Shown here one piece after another: positions 1-11,930 of a DNA stretch of 37,919 bases (within the stretch, counting starts at the first letter, position 1; each line of letters opens with the position of its first letter). The DNA is taken from sequence record DRR723986_8468. The stretch is one strand, 5' to 3'. The notes below the pieces were generated by a model that ran no database searches, had not been told where the DNA came from, and was given only the letters and a program-made list of their open reading frames with translations. The position numbers and the translations under genes were made by a program.

Positions 1-20
1 CTCTCCCGACTGAAGACTCA

Positions 21-107
21 AGCTGTTAGCTTAAGGCTAACAGCTGTTGGCATCCAACTGCCCCCGTAGCCACCAAAAAAGATGGGGCAGGAGGCGAAGC
101 CCTCAAG
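21..107. repeat. Cluster of inverted repeats downstream of sdhB, including a degenerate copy of the intergenic repeat core
   Basis: AGCTGTTAGC(21-30)/GCTAACAGCT(36-45) is a perfect IR. Also GTTGG-cat-CCAAC and CTGCCCC...GGGGCAG (58-90). Minus-strand CTTGAGGGCTTCGCC (107-93) resembles CTTGAACGCTGCGCC at 15497. Confidence 0.5.
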
Positions 108-164
108 TTTTCAGAGAGCAAGGCGTTTAAAGCCATCTGATGTTAACACAATCCCTCAGCCTTT

Positions 165-206
165 AAAACAACAAACCCCACCGTCAAAAAGACAGCAGGG
201 TTGTTG
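165..206 (-). terminator. Intrinsic terminator of sdhAB
   Basis: Minus strand reads CAACAACCCTGCTGTC-TTTTT-GACGGTGGGGTTTGTTG-TTTT. The long hairpin pairs well only on the minus strand (G-U pairs), is followed by a U-tract, and lies 37 nt after the sdhB stop. Confidence 0.65.
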
Positions 207-243
207 AACCTTCATTCCCGCAGCAAGCAGGACGGCATTAAAC

Positions 244-999
244 TCAGGCCAATGCGGCTTTTAACAATTCGCGGTTGAGACGCGCAATGTTTTCGACCGA
301 AATTTCCTTAGGACACGCCTCTTCACATTCGCCGGCATTGGAGCAGTTGCCAAAACCAAGATCGTCCATCGTCGTCACCATGTTACGCGCACGATCGTGA
401 GCCTCAACTTTGCCCTGCGGCAGCAATGAGAGATAACTGACCTTGGCACCAACATACAACATGGCCGAAGCGTTAGGGCAGGCTGCCACACACGCTCCAC
501 AGCCAATACATGCAGCGGCATCAAAAGCGTTGTCGGCATCTTCCTTGGGAATCGGCAAGGCATTGGCGTCTGGCGCACTACCGGTACGCACCGAAACATA
601 ACCGCCGGACTGGGTAATCGAGTCAAATGACGTGCGATCAACAACCAGGTCCTTGATAACCGGAAATGCCTTGGCGCGGAAGGGCTCAAGCGAAATTGTC
701 TGGCCGTGACCAAAATTGCGCATGTGCGTCTGGCAGAGCGTTGTACCTTTCTCAGGACCGTGGGCATGCCCGTTAACCACGGCGCCACAGGTTCCGCAGA
801 TACCTTCGCGACAGTCGTGATCAAAAGCAACCGGGTCCTGGCCGTCGGCGATTAACTGATTGTTAAGCACGTCGAGCATTTCCAGAAAGGATGCATCCGT
901 GGAAATTCCCTGGAGCGAATAATTTTCAAAGCGGCCTCCGTCATCCGGACCATTCTGGCGCCAGATGCGCAGCTTAATATCAATGGTGTTCGCGCTCAT
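244..999 (-). CDS. sdhB: Succinate dehydrogenase/fumarate reductase iron-sulfur subunit
   Basis: [2Fe-2S] motif [12 protein letters not shown]...C, [4Fe-4S] [11 protein letters not shown], [3Fe-4S] [20 protein letters not shown] upstream; follows sdhA. Confidence 0.97.
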   Translation of the reverse strand: MSANTIDIKLRIWRQNGPDDGGRFENYSLQGISTDASFLEMLDVLNNQLIADGQDPVAFDHDCREGICGTCGAVVNGHAHGPEKGTTLCQTHMRNFGHGQTISLEPFRAKAFPVIKDLVVDRTSFDSITQSGGYVSVRTGSAPDANALPIPKEDADNAFDAAACIGCGACVAACPNASAMLYVGAKVSYLSLLPQGKVEAHDRARNMVTTMDDLGFGNCSNAGECEEACPKEISVENIARLNRELLKAALA

Positions 1000-1016
1000 A
1001 TCTATTGGCTCCTTCC

Positions 1017-2927
<1,911 letters not shown>

Positions 2928-3310
2928 CCACAAACTCCTGAGGATAATTGCTTTGGTTTCGCTTGAAATTTTTCGGTCTTAATGGGCTACGAACGGAGCG
3001 CCTGCCACTTGGAATTGGCCGTTGCCGCCAAATTCCCTTTGCTCATAAGAGCGGGTGTTGCTAATTTTTCAAAAGTCTTGGCAAGGGAACGAGTCTATTC
3101 GGGAGCATTTCTGCTGTGGCACAACGGATTACGTCTGTCCAGCAAACAACTCTAAACCTGACTCCCCTGAACCATTGTGCCTTTTACTGTATTCCTTGCT
3201 CGCAAAATAACGAAAATCCGCGACTTTGCGCATACCGGGCCGGGCCAACGCCGTCTGCAATCCGGGAGTATTAGCTCGGGTGGACATCAACAATCAGGTA
3301 CTGCAACTCC

Positions 3311-5764
3311 ATGGCAAAACAACGCTCCAGGCAGGGCAATAAAGATTCCAGACGCGCGCACTCCGGCGCTTCCAGGCCCAATGCACAGCCTACTTCCGGT
3401 GGCGCACATGCCGCCGCCCGCGCCTTTGAAATCCCCGACTCAATGCAGCGTTGGCTGCCGCCCCTATTTTTCCTGCTGACAACGCTAATTTTTTTCTGGC
3501 CCCAGCTGATGGGCACCGCATTTTTTTGGGAAGACTTCGTTGAGCAGTTTTATCCCTGGCAGAGCTTCGCCGCAGCGCACACTTCCGGGTTTACGCTGCC
3601 GCACTGGAATCCCTACGCCGCCAACGGCATGCCCTTCCTGGCCGATGCCCAGGTAGGTGTATTTTATCCGCCGCACTGGCTGCTGGCACTGTTTGTTACG
3701 CCCGAAGGTATGCCGATAGCGCCGCTGCAGGGATTGATTATCCTGCACTTTTTTGTGGCCCAGTGGGGCATGTACTCGCTGGCGCGCCACTGGGGCTGCA
3801 GTAGCGCCGCCGCCATGTTTGCCGGAGTTATCTACGGCCTCTCCGCTCCGCTCGTCCTGCATGCCTTCCACCCGATGATTGTTTATCATCTGGCCTGGTT
3901 TCCGCTGATCGTGCGTTTCACGCACTCGGCACTGACGCAGGCAGACTGGAAACCGGCAATCTACGCCGGGCTGATGATGGGCATGACGCTGCTGGCCGGA
4001 CACCCGCAGACAAGTCTGTACATCCTGACCTTCCTGGGCGCCATGGCCGTCTGGCAAATAGTCGCGGCAGCGCGCAGCGCTGCCAAAGACGACCAGCCGG
4101 AATCCGCTCAGCCCCCGGCATCCCAGCCGGCAGGCATCAGCGTAGCCAAAATCGCACTAGTCTTTGGCCTGGCATTTGCACTCTTCTGCATCCAGTACCT
4201 GCCGACCAGCGAATTTGCCGAAAGAACCGAACGCAGTGAGATGACCTACGAAGCCGCCGCCGAAGGATCGCTGCAGTACTCTCAATTGTTCACCGCCGTC
4301 ACGCCCAAGCTCTTTGGGCACTCCCTGCCGCGCGATCTGGACAATCAAATGCCCTATTACCTGGAAGGCGGCAGTTATTATTTCTACTGGGAAACCGGCT
4401 TTTACGCCGGCTGCGTCGCCCTGATCTTTGCGCTCGTTGGTCTCAGCCGCAAAGTCATTGACCCCGATAATCGCAGTCGTGAAGGTATTTTCCTGCTCGC
4501 CGCCGGAATTTTTGCGCTGCTCTTTGCGCTGGGCGGCAACGGACCGCTTTTCCCGATTATGCACAATCTGCCCTTCTTTGGACAGTTCCGTTTTCCTTCG
4601 CGGATGATGTTTTTTGCCGTCATGGGCATCGCCATGTTCGCCGGCTGGGGACTCGATGCAGTCCTCAAACGCAAGATTGGCAGGCAGCTGAGCGAACAGC
4701 TGCCGGTACTGATCGGCGCAGGTGTCTGCCTGCTCATCGCGCTCGGCACCTTCAGCGGATTCCTGCCGCAGATGTTTGGCGCGCCGCAGGGTCCGGTATT
4801 GGATGCCGTCTCAGCGGCCGCAGCGCCCGCTCTGCTGCTGACGCTCCTGGCGCTGGTGGTGTATTTTCTGGGAGCGCGCGGAATCCTGCCTGGCGCGGCC
4901 GTCTTTGCTGTCGTCACGCTCGCCGCATTCTTTGACGCATATAACAACAGCGCCGACTTTAATCGCACACTCAGCAATCCAGTCAGTGAATACGCGCTGG
5001 CGCCCGAGCAGAAAACCGGCTTCACAACAGATCAGCCCGACTCCCTCTTCCGCGTCAAAATGCGCGAAGGGCCCGTCATCGCCATGAAGCGCAACCAGGG
5101 TTTGATCGACTCGGTCATGCTCTACGAAGTCTACAACCCGCTCCTGCTCAAGGACCGGATCCCCCCGGCGCAGGACTTCGAACAAAGCAAAGACCTGCTC
5201 AATATTCGCTACGAAGTAAAATTCGACCCGCAGCAGGGTGGCTACTGGGCCGAACGGCCACAAGTGCTGCCGCGTGCACGCATGGTTTACCGCAGCATTC
5301 CACAAGCCGATCAGGCCGCCGTACATGCTTTTATGAAAAATAACAGCATCGACTATCGTGCCACCGTCGTTCTGGAGCAGTCCCCCGGCACAACGCTGTC
5401 CTCCGCCGAGCCGGCACAGGTCGAACATTCCGTCAAAGCGCTCAGCTACGAGCACAACCACATGGAATACAGCGTCACAAGTGCCCAGCCCGGCATCCTG
5501 GTTTTAAGCGAAACCTGGTACCCGGCCTGGAAAGCCTATCTGGATGGCGCCGAAGTCCCGATTCTGCGTGCCAATCACTCCCAATGGGCCATCGAAGTCC
5601 CGGACGGAACACATACTGTGCGCATCGAATTTGCTTCCGACGCATTTGCCACAGGACGCAACATCAGCATCGCGGCTTTACTGATCGCACTGGTGGCTCT
5701 GGTCTTCCTGGCGCGCGCTAAATCCACGAAATCGGCGGGAGCTTCCACAGCTTCGGCAAACTAA
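3311..5764 (+). CDS. YfhO-family polytopic membrane protein (GT-C-type glycosyltransferase)
   Basis: 817 aa with many TM helices. N-terminal D..Q.YPW...PHWNPY..NGMPFLAD.Q.GVFYP motif, LAGHPQ, FRFPSR, and C-terminal LVLSETWYPAWKAYLDG...RAN, all typical of YfhO. Confidence 0.88.
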   Translation: MAKQRSRQGNKDSRRAHSGASRPNAQPTSGGAHAAARAFEIPDSMQRWLPPLFFLLTTLIFFWPQLMGTAFFWEDFVEQFYPWQSFAAAHTSGFTLPHWNPYAANGMPFLADAQVGVFYPPHWLLALFVTPEGMPIAPLQGLIILHFFVAQWGMYSLARHWGCSSAAAMFAGVIYGLSAPLVLHAFHPMIVYHLAWFPLIVRFTHSALTQADWKPAIYAGLMMGMTLLAGHPQTSLYILTFLGAMAVWQIVAAARSAAKDDQPESAQPPASQPAGISVAKIALVFGLAFALFCIQYLPTSEFAERTERSEMTYEAAAEGSLQYSQLFTAVTPKLFGHSLPRDLDNQMPYYLEGGSYYFYWETGFYAGCVALIFALVGLSRKVIDPDNRSREGIFLLAAGIFALLFALGGNGPLFPIMHNLPFFGQFRFPSRMMFFAVMGIAMFAGWGLDAVLKRKIGRQLSEQLPVLIGAGVCLLIALGTFSGFLPQMFGAPQGPVLDAVSAAAAPALLLTLLALVVYFLGARGILPGAAVFAVVTLAAFFDAYNNSADFNRTLSNPVSEYALAPEQKTGFTTDQPDSLFRVKMREGPVIAMKRNQGLIDSVMLYEVYNPLLLKDRIPPAQDFEQSKDLLNIRYEVKFDPQQGGYWAERPQVLPRARMVYRSIPQADQAAVHAFMKNNSIDYRATVVLEQSPGTTLSSAEPAQVEHSVKALSYEHNHMEYSVTSAQPGILVLSETWYPAWKAYLDGAEVPILRANHSQWAIEVPDGTHTVRIEFASDAFATGRNISIAALLIALVALVFLARAKSTKSAGASTASAN

Positions 5765-5847
5765 TTCGTCTCGGTCTCTGCAGTCGCTTTTGACGTCCTC
5801 TCCCGGCACGTGCTTCGGCAGGTATTCTTTGGCTGTTAACCTTCTGT

Positions 5848-7452
5848 GTGCGGCATTCCGCGGGCTTTCCCATGCACAACGCCTCCTCAATTTTCGGCAC
5901 CTCAGGCCGCAGCAAAAGCCTCAGTTCCAGTTCCTTCCACTGGTCTTTTAAAAGAGCGCTCAGGTCCTTTTTGGCCCTGGCTTGTTTCTTTTTGTTAGTC
6001 CCTGCGTCGGGATGGATCGGTGCCGCTCCCGCGGCACCAGCCCCTGTGTTGGCAGTCTTGTTAGCTGAAGAGCCCGTAATCCTGCGCTATGCAGACACGC
6101 TTGAAATGCAGACGCGCGCCTCAGGTGAGTTCCGCATTACAACCGGACGCGTCAGCTTTACACAGGGCGAAGTTGTAGTCTTGTGTGACCGCGCCGTGCA
6201 GGATATAGCGCGCAACCGCGTGCGCCTGAATGGCAATGTCCGTTTTCAGCAGGGCAGCGTCACGATGATGACGCCGCGGGCGCTCTACGATGGCAACAGT
6301 CGCATACTTCACGGCTACGATAGTGTCATGCTCGTCGACCGCCAGACAGTGCTGATCGCGCGTGACGGCACCTACAACTCCGCAACGCGAACCGCGCGAT
6401 TTGTGGACAGTGTGATGGTTGAGAACGACTCACTGCTGATCATAACAGACAAACTGGAATACGAACGCGACAGCCAGAACAGTTTTGCCACCGGAAACGT
6501 GCTCGCCGTCGCCAAACACAGCGGCAGCCGCCTTTGGGGTGACACACTCGAAAATATTCCGCAGCAGCACTACACCGTCGCACGTGGCAATCCTATGCTC
6601 TGCCGCGTGGACACGCTCTTCGGCGCCGGAACCGAGACCGGCGACAGCGTGGCTGTACGCCTCGATTCCATGTGTATTCGCGCTGAAGTTCTCGAAGCCT
6701 TTCGCGAGCCCATGCTCGACCGTTATATCGCTACCGACAGCGTTGAGCTCTCGCGCGGTGAGTTAAGTGCGCGCGCCGGCCGCCTGATTTTCGAACGCCA
6801 AAAAGAGCGCATCCGCCTCTACAATGCACCGATTATCTGGATGGATTCAACCCAACTCACCGGCGACAGCATTCTTGTTCTGATTCCCGGCCAGGAACTG
6901 CGCCGCATTGAGGCCGACGGCGCTGCCTTTGCCGCCACACGCGGCGAAAGCGCATTTGCCGATCGTTTTGATCAGCTGGCCGGCAACCACATCGACATCA
7001 ATGTGAGCAGCGATACTCTGCGCGGCATTTTTGCCGGTGATGAGGCCTTCAGCATCACATTCCGCTACGAAGACGGATTTGCCGAGGGCGCCATCCGCAA
7101 TGCCGCCGACTCAATTCGCATCTGGTTTGAGGAAGGCCAGGCCGAACGCGCAGTTGCAATTCGCGAAGTAGATGCATCATTTGTACCGGAGTTCATTGTG
7201 GCGCCGGCACTCGACGAATACAAATTGCTCGACTTTAACTGGGTGGATGATCGCCCGGACATTATGGCGCCGGCAGAGCCAACGGCCGCCACACCGTATA
7301 AACGCTTGCCTGCCGCCTTCCTGGCCGAACAGGGCATCGTTTCGCCACAACTTGAAGTTCTTGAATTTCCGGCGGCCGACACCTCGGCAATTGGTTCACA
7401 AACTCCGCCCGACGCTCCACCAGGCGTCCCTTCCAGTGATGATTCGCGCTGA
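5848..7452 (+). CDS. OstA/LptA-like multi-beta-jellyroll periplasmic protein (LPS transport family); start uncertain (GTG 5848 or ATG 5872)
   Basis: Hydrophobic signal-like segment. Repeats such as GRVSFTQGEVVVLCDRA, GNVRFQQG, ATGNV, TDSVELSRGELSARA and QLTGDSI match Bacteroidota OstA-like proteins. No LptD barrel. Confidence 0.8.
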   Translation: MRHSAGFPMHNASSIFGTSGRSKSLSSSSFHWSFKRALRSFLALACFFLLVPASGWIGAAPAAPAPVLAVLLAEEPVILRYADTLEMQTRASGEFRITTGRVSFTQGEVVVLCDRAVQDIARNRVRLNGNVRFQQGSVTMMTPRALYDGNSRILHGYDSVMLVDRQTVLIARDGTYNSATRTARFVDSVMVENDSLLIITDKLEYERDSQNSFATGNVLAVAKHSGSRLWGDTLENIPQQHYTVARGNPMLCRVDTLFGAGTETGDSVAVRLDSMCIRAEVLEAFREPMLDRYIATDSVELSRGELSARAGRLIFERQKERIRLYNAPIIWMDSTQLTGDSILVLIPGQELRRIEADGAAFAATRGESAFADRFDQLAGNHIDINVSSDTLRGIFAGDEAFSITFRYEDGFAEGAIRNAADSIRIWFEEGQAERAVAIREVDASFVPEFIVAPALDEYKLLDFNWVDDRPDIMAPAEPTAATPYKRLPAAFLAEQGIVSPQLEVLEFPAADTSAIGSQTPPDAPPGVPSSDDSR

Positions 7453-7835
7453 GCTGTGTCATGCTCTTAGCAAATCACAAATGAGCATAATTTCTTAGGC
7501 AGGAATTGACATTCTCAGTTGAATTTGCGAACTTCTTGAGTCTTATGGAGCACACAGTGACGATTCACGTCCATTTCACAAGACATCCAGTGTTCGGGCC
7601 CAACAGATACAACATAAATTGAGAGACAATTGTATCGATAGATAAATACTGTATTTGACACGGTCACAAAGTCGTGTTACCCGTCCTTCAGACTTATCGC
7701 TTCAAAAAGTCACATTGCCTCTACCCGCCGGAGCAATGTGTTGCTGCCGTTTATTCTTCACGTGCCCCCGTCCACGAAGTGCACCTGAGTACGCAGCCCC
7801 GAACCCAGCGTCTCTCTCGCATAGGAATTTAATCT

Positions 7836-10800
7836 ATGAGAAGAACCATACAGTCTTCCAGTCTACTCCTGTGTCTGGCGGCCACCCTCGGCATATTGGC
7901 GTCCTATTCCTCCCTCGAAGCGCGCTCCATGTACGAAGGCCGGCGTTTTTACGTTGGTTTCATGCAAAACGAAGCGTTTCCCAAGCCACCTGAAGCCGGC
8001 CATTTTCTCTCGATTTCAATTGCCACGTGCAAAGACACCCGCGTTCGCATCGTATCGCCAATTCTAAATCGCCCGTTCGTTGAGACGATTCCGGCCAATA
8101 CAATCAGAGACTTCAAAATTACTGTACGCGCCGAGATCGTGCGTGCCGGACAAATTTTGGATCAAATCTTAGAGGTTACATCAGACGAACTCATAACTGT
8201 CAGTGCCTTAAACTCATTCAGAACTTCTGCAGATGCCATGGCAGTCATCCCGGTCTCAGGCTGGGGACGTGAATACGTCGTGGCGTCAATGCCTTGTGAC
8301 AGTTACTGGTTCTGGCCTAGCGGCAGTCAAGAACCCGAAGACATTGCCAGGGAAGAGGCTGACGCAATCCAGCGTCCCGGGCAGTTTCTGATCATGGCCG
8401 CTGAAAATGGTACTACCGTAAGTTATACGCCGTCGACAAACACAAGCACAGGCCTGGGAGCCGGCGTAACACAAACCCAGATTTTGGATGCGGGCCAATG
8501 TTTGCTCATTCAGGCCGCCGGTGGGCCCGATGGTCAAAATGACATTAGCGGCACACATGTCACGGCCGACAAAGAAATTGGCTTTATTTCAGGGCATGTA
8601 CGCACGGCAATTCCCAACTGGATCGAGTTCCCCCTGATAACCCCGTGGCAGCAGCACGACTCCAAGGATCACTTGTGTGAAATGTTGCCTCCGGTCGAAT
8701 CCTGGGGCCAAAACTTCGTGTCGGCTCCATTATACCCCGGCACCGCGCTCGGTGATCACTTCCGCATTTATGCCGCCGAACCCAATACAACCGTCATCAT
8801 TGATGAAGGCAACAGTGAAAGTGTTATCACGATTACAGACCAGCATGTCCCGTTTGACGTTTCTGCCGTCAACAGTGCCACGAGCTGGTCGGCCGACAAG
8901 CCAATCATGCTTGTCCAGCACATGTATACCAATTATGCTTCGCGTCAGCTGACCGGACAAAGCCCGGACCTCTCAATCGAGACTGATCCGGCCATGGTAG
9001 TGCTGCCGTCCACGGAACAGTTTAGCAACCTAGTAAAGTTTCAGTTTCACGATACGGATAACCTGCCGGGCTACAAAGCCATGGTTTATGTAGACGCAGC
9101 CGGGTTGACGTCACTGACGCTCAACGGCGAGTCGGTTCTGGGCAGCAATCCAGAGCTTGCAAATCAGCGCATTGCCGACAGCGACATATTCTGGGTAATC
9201 CTCCAGCTTTCGGCGCTGGAGGCCTATACGCTTAAAACCGACGGTAAAGTCGCCGGGGTGCTGTTTGCCAATGGTGACGTGGAATCCTACGCCTATCCTA
9301 TGGGCTCTTCACTGATTGACCTGGAAAACCCGGACATCGATCCCCCGGTTATTGGCGACGAGGGCAGCGACTACAAATGCGGCCGCATTGAAGGCTGGGT
9401 CTTGGATGACAACCACCGGCAGGCTGGTATCGCCCAGATTGAAGTCGATGAGTCGTCCACGAATAATTTCACCTGGACGATCGGACAGATTGAAGACTCC
9501 ACGCGTTATACAAATTTTACGGCCGACGTCATCGATCCGATGCTGCCGGGCCGCTTTGAGATTGTCGTAATCGACATCAGCGGCAATCGCAACACCTACG
9601 TGTTTGAGTACGAGCCGCCGCAGTTTGACGCTCCCACGGGATTTGTATTCGACGCTTCGGCCTTTGGTGAGCGCGACTGCCAGGAGTATACACTGCGCAA
9701 CACAGGCGAAGAACAGATGCTTATTCGGCGCATCGGGCCTTCTGGTGACGTGCGCATCAACACACCGGACTTACCGGGTTTCCCGATTCGCCTGGAGCCG
9801 GGAGAATCGATCACCTTCAATGTCTGTTATACGCCAAATGGTGAAGCCGACCCGCTCAGCGGCCGCATTTATGTAGAATTTGAATGTGGCGGACGTTATT
9901 GGGTTGACGTAGAGGGATTCGTAGAAAAACCCGTCATCATCAGCATCGGCCACAACTTTGGTGATGTTCGCGTTGGTGATACGGTTTATGCGGACGTTCG
10001 CGTCGTTAATGCCGGCAATGTACCACTCATCGTCAATGGTTTTGACTGTTCTCCATGCCATCGTGTGTTCCGCTTTCCCGGTAATCCATTTCCGTTTACA
10101 CTGCAACCTGGTGATACCACACGCGTTCGCGTTTGTTTTTCGCCGGATGAAGTTGATTTTTTCAGCCGCCCATATTCGGCATCGAACGATCGCGCGCTGG
10201 ATAACGAGTTTTTAATTACCGGCAGTGGGATTGAACCGACGATTGAGATTGCGGGGATCGACTGGCGCGGACGCCGCGTGGGTACGATCCACGACTCGAC
10301 AATCACAATCAGGAACGGCGGCAACGCCTCGATAAGGCTGCTGGACGTGCAGTCCTCACGGCCGCAGGCCTTTGTGCTGGATGCCTCCACGGCAATCGGC
10401 CGCACGCTGGAGCCGAAAGAGGAAGTCACGCTGCCAATCAGCTTCCAGCCGGATCAAAGCATTGATTACAACGAAGAAGTGATACTGACGACCGACTGGA
10501 ATCAGGCTCCGCGCGTCAGTGCCGCCATTCTTGGCATCGGCACCCTGCCGGACATCGTCACACGCGATATTGATTTTGGCCAGGTTAAAGTCGGTGAGTC
10601 GCTCTCGCTGACGCAGGCAGTCATCGAAGCCGGCGGCAATGAGAACCTGACGATTGATCGCATTGAGTTTGTGACACCCGCACAGACAGAATTTGCAGTG
10701 GACCAAGGGCTCTACTTCCGCGCAATGAACCTGCCGGTCAACGAAGATTATCAAATCGAAGCAGAATTCACGCCGCCGGCAATCGGCTTCTTCGAGACGA

Positions 10801-11921
10801 CTGTGCGCGTAATACATGACGCCCTGCCGGCTTTTGAGCGCGAAACTTCCACGTTCAGATTGATTGGTGAAGGTTTCCGGCGCGACACAATTTTATCTAA
10901 TATTATTTTTAGCGTGACAACTCCGCCGTTCGCTTGTCTCGATAATGCAACAGAGGTAATTCTTCGCAATCCGGGCAACGTTGCCCTGGTGATTACGGAG
11001 CTTGACCTTCAGGCAAATCCGGCGCTCGAAGCCAGTTGGGACAACGGCCCAACGCTCCCGCTGGAGCTGCAGCCGGGCGAAGAGTTGAAGTGGAATATCA
11101 GCTTTAGGCCGCAAACATCTGGCGACTTTGACATACAGATTTATTTGAAGGCGCAAGATGGCTACGAAGCAACTTTCAAAGACGTGATCATTGTGGAACG
11201 CGCTAAATTGAAAATCGAATTCAGCGACCTGACGAATGAGGGACACAGCGTCTATCCCGGCGAGGATATTCCACTGGAATTTGGTGGAATTATTGAAGGC
11301 GGTATGGAAGTTCCATTTGATTTTACGATGTTGCTTAATTACAACGGAAGTTCGCTCTCCCCAACTATCAATGCAGGCACCCTATTTCTTACGGATGCCG
11401 CGGGTACAGAGATCAGTTTGCCCCTGGAGATCGTCGAAGAATGGGGTTTAACGCGGGTTTTTACCCAAGAACAGGTTAACTTGGCGCTACCAGCTGTCTG
11501 GCGAGCTGAAGTTCCTTTCCTGGCTTATCTGGATCCCCTGCCTACTCCAAACGTTTCTGTGAGTGTTGCAGAAACGCCATGCATGGAAGGCAGTCAGGAA
11601 CTGATCAACATCAATTTGAACGAAGTTTGTGCGAACCTGGTCAGATTTATTACCTGGGTTCCAATTTTAAAGGTGACAATTGCGCCTAATCCGGCGTCTC
11701 ATGATATAACATTGCGCTATGATGCTCCCGAGGATCAATACGTAACAGTGTCGCTGACAAATACTCTGGGCCGTTCACTTGTTAATGAAAAGAAAATATT
11801 CTTGAAAAAGGGTGAACATTCTCATAAATTAAGATGCTCAGATTTCCCCAGCGGTATGTACTCGGTAACAATTCGCAGTGGAACCAAAGTACAACAACAA
11901 TCCTTACTCATTAATCGGTAG
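7836..11921 (+). CDS. T9SS cargo protein: IgGFc-binding-like N-terminal domain, ASH/choice-of-anchor-D Ig-like repeats and a type A C-terminal sorting domain
   Basis: Signal peptide. GRRFYVGFMQN, PVSGWGREY, DHLCEMLPPVESWG and DPAM are IgGFc-binding-like. About five NxG..L.I repeats with F.P. C-terminus IAPNPAS...FPSGMYSVTI...LLINR. Confidence 0.88.
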   Translation: MRRTIQSSSLLLCLAATLGILASYSSLEARSMYEGRRFYVGFMQNEAFPKPPEAGHFLSISIATCKDTRVRIVSPILNRPFVETIPANTIRDFKITVRAEIVRAGQILDQILEVTSDELITVSALNSFRTSADAMAVIPVSGWGREYVVASMPCDSYWFWPSGSQEPEDIAREEADAIQRPGQFLIMAAENGTTVSYTPSTNTSTGLGAGVTQTQILDAGQCLLIQAAGGPDGQNDISGTHVTADKEIGFISGHVRTAIPNWIEFPLITPWQQHDSKDHLCEMLPPVESWGQNFVSAPLYPGTALGDHFRIYAAEPNTTVIIDEGNSESVITITDQHVPFDVSAVNSATSWSADKPIMLVQHMYTNYASRQLTGQSPDLSIETDPAMVVLPSTEQFSNLVKFQFHDTDNLPGYKAMVYVDAAGLTSLTLNGESVLGSNPELANQRIADSDIFWVILQLSALEAYTLKTDGKVAGVLFANGDVESYAYPMGSSLIDLENPDIDPPVIGDEGSDYKCGRIEGWVLDDNHRQAGIAQIEVDESSTNNFTWTIGQIEDSTRYTNFTADVIDPMLPGRFEIVVIDISGNRNTYVFEYEPPQFDAPTGFVFDASAFGERDCQEYTLRNTGEEQMLIRRIGPSGDVRINTPDLPGFPIRLEPGESITFNVCYTPNGEADPLSGRIYVEFECGGRYWVDVEGFVEKPVIISIGHNFGDVRVGDTVYADVRVVNAGNVPLIVNGFDCSPCHRVFRFPGNPFPFTLQPGDTTRVRVCFSPDEVDFFSRPYSASNDRALDNEFLITGSGIEPTIEIAGIDWRGRRVGTIHDSTITIRNGGNASIRLLDVQSSRPQAFVLDASTAIGRTLEPKEEVTLPISFQPDQSIDYNEEVILTTDWNQAPRVSAAILGIGTLPDIVTRDIDFGQVKVGESLSLTQAVIEAGGNENLTIDRIEFVTPAQTEFAVDQGLYFRAMNLPVNEDYQIEAEFTPPAIGFFETTVRVIHDALPAFERETSTFRLIGEGFRRDTILSNIIFSVTTPPFACLDNATEVILRNPGNVALVITELDLQANPALEASWDNGPTLPLELQPGEELKWNISFRPQTSGDFDIQIYLKAQDGYEATFKDVIIVERAKLKIEFSDLTNEGHSVYPGEDIPLEFGGIIEGGMEVPFDFTMLLNYNGSSLSPTINAGTLFLTDAAGTEISLPLEIVEEWGLTRVFTQEQVNLALPAVWRAEVPFLAYLDPLPTPNVSVSVAETPCMEGSQELININLNEVCANLVRFITWVPILKVTIAPNPASHDITLRYDAPEDQYVTVSLTNTLGRSLVNEKKIFLKKGEHSHKLRCSDFPSGMYSVTIRSGTKVQQQSLLINR

Positions 11922-11930
11922 GAATTCCTT

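Noticed and set aside
58-90. CTGCCCCCG resembling the cobalamin riboswitch core
   Set aside because: Lacks the following CAACTGT, the upstream GGGAA/GGTG and the B12 box; it pairs locally with GGGGCAG and is not upstream of a gene on that strand.
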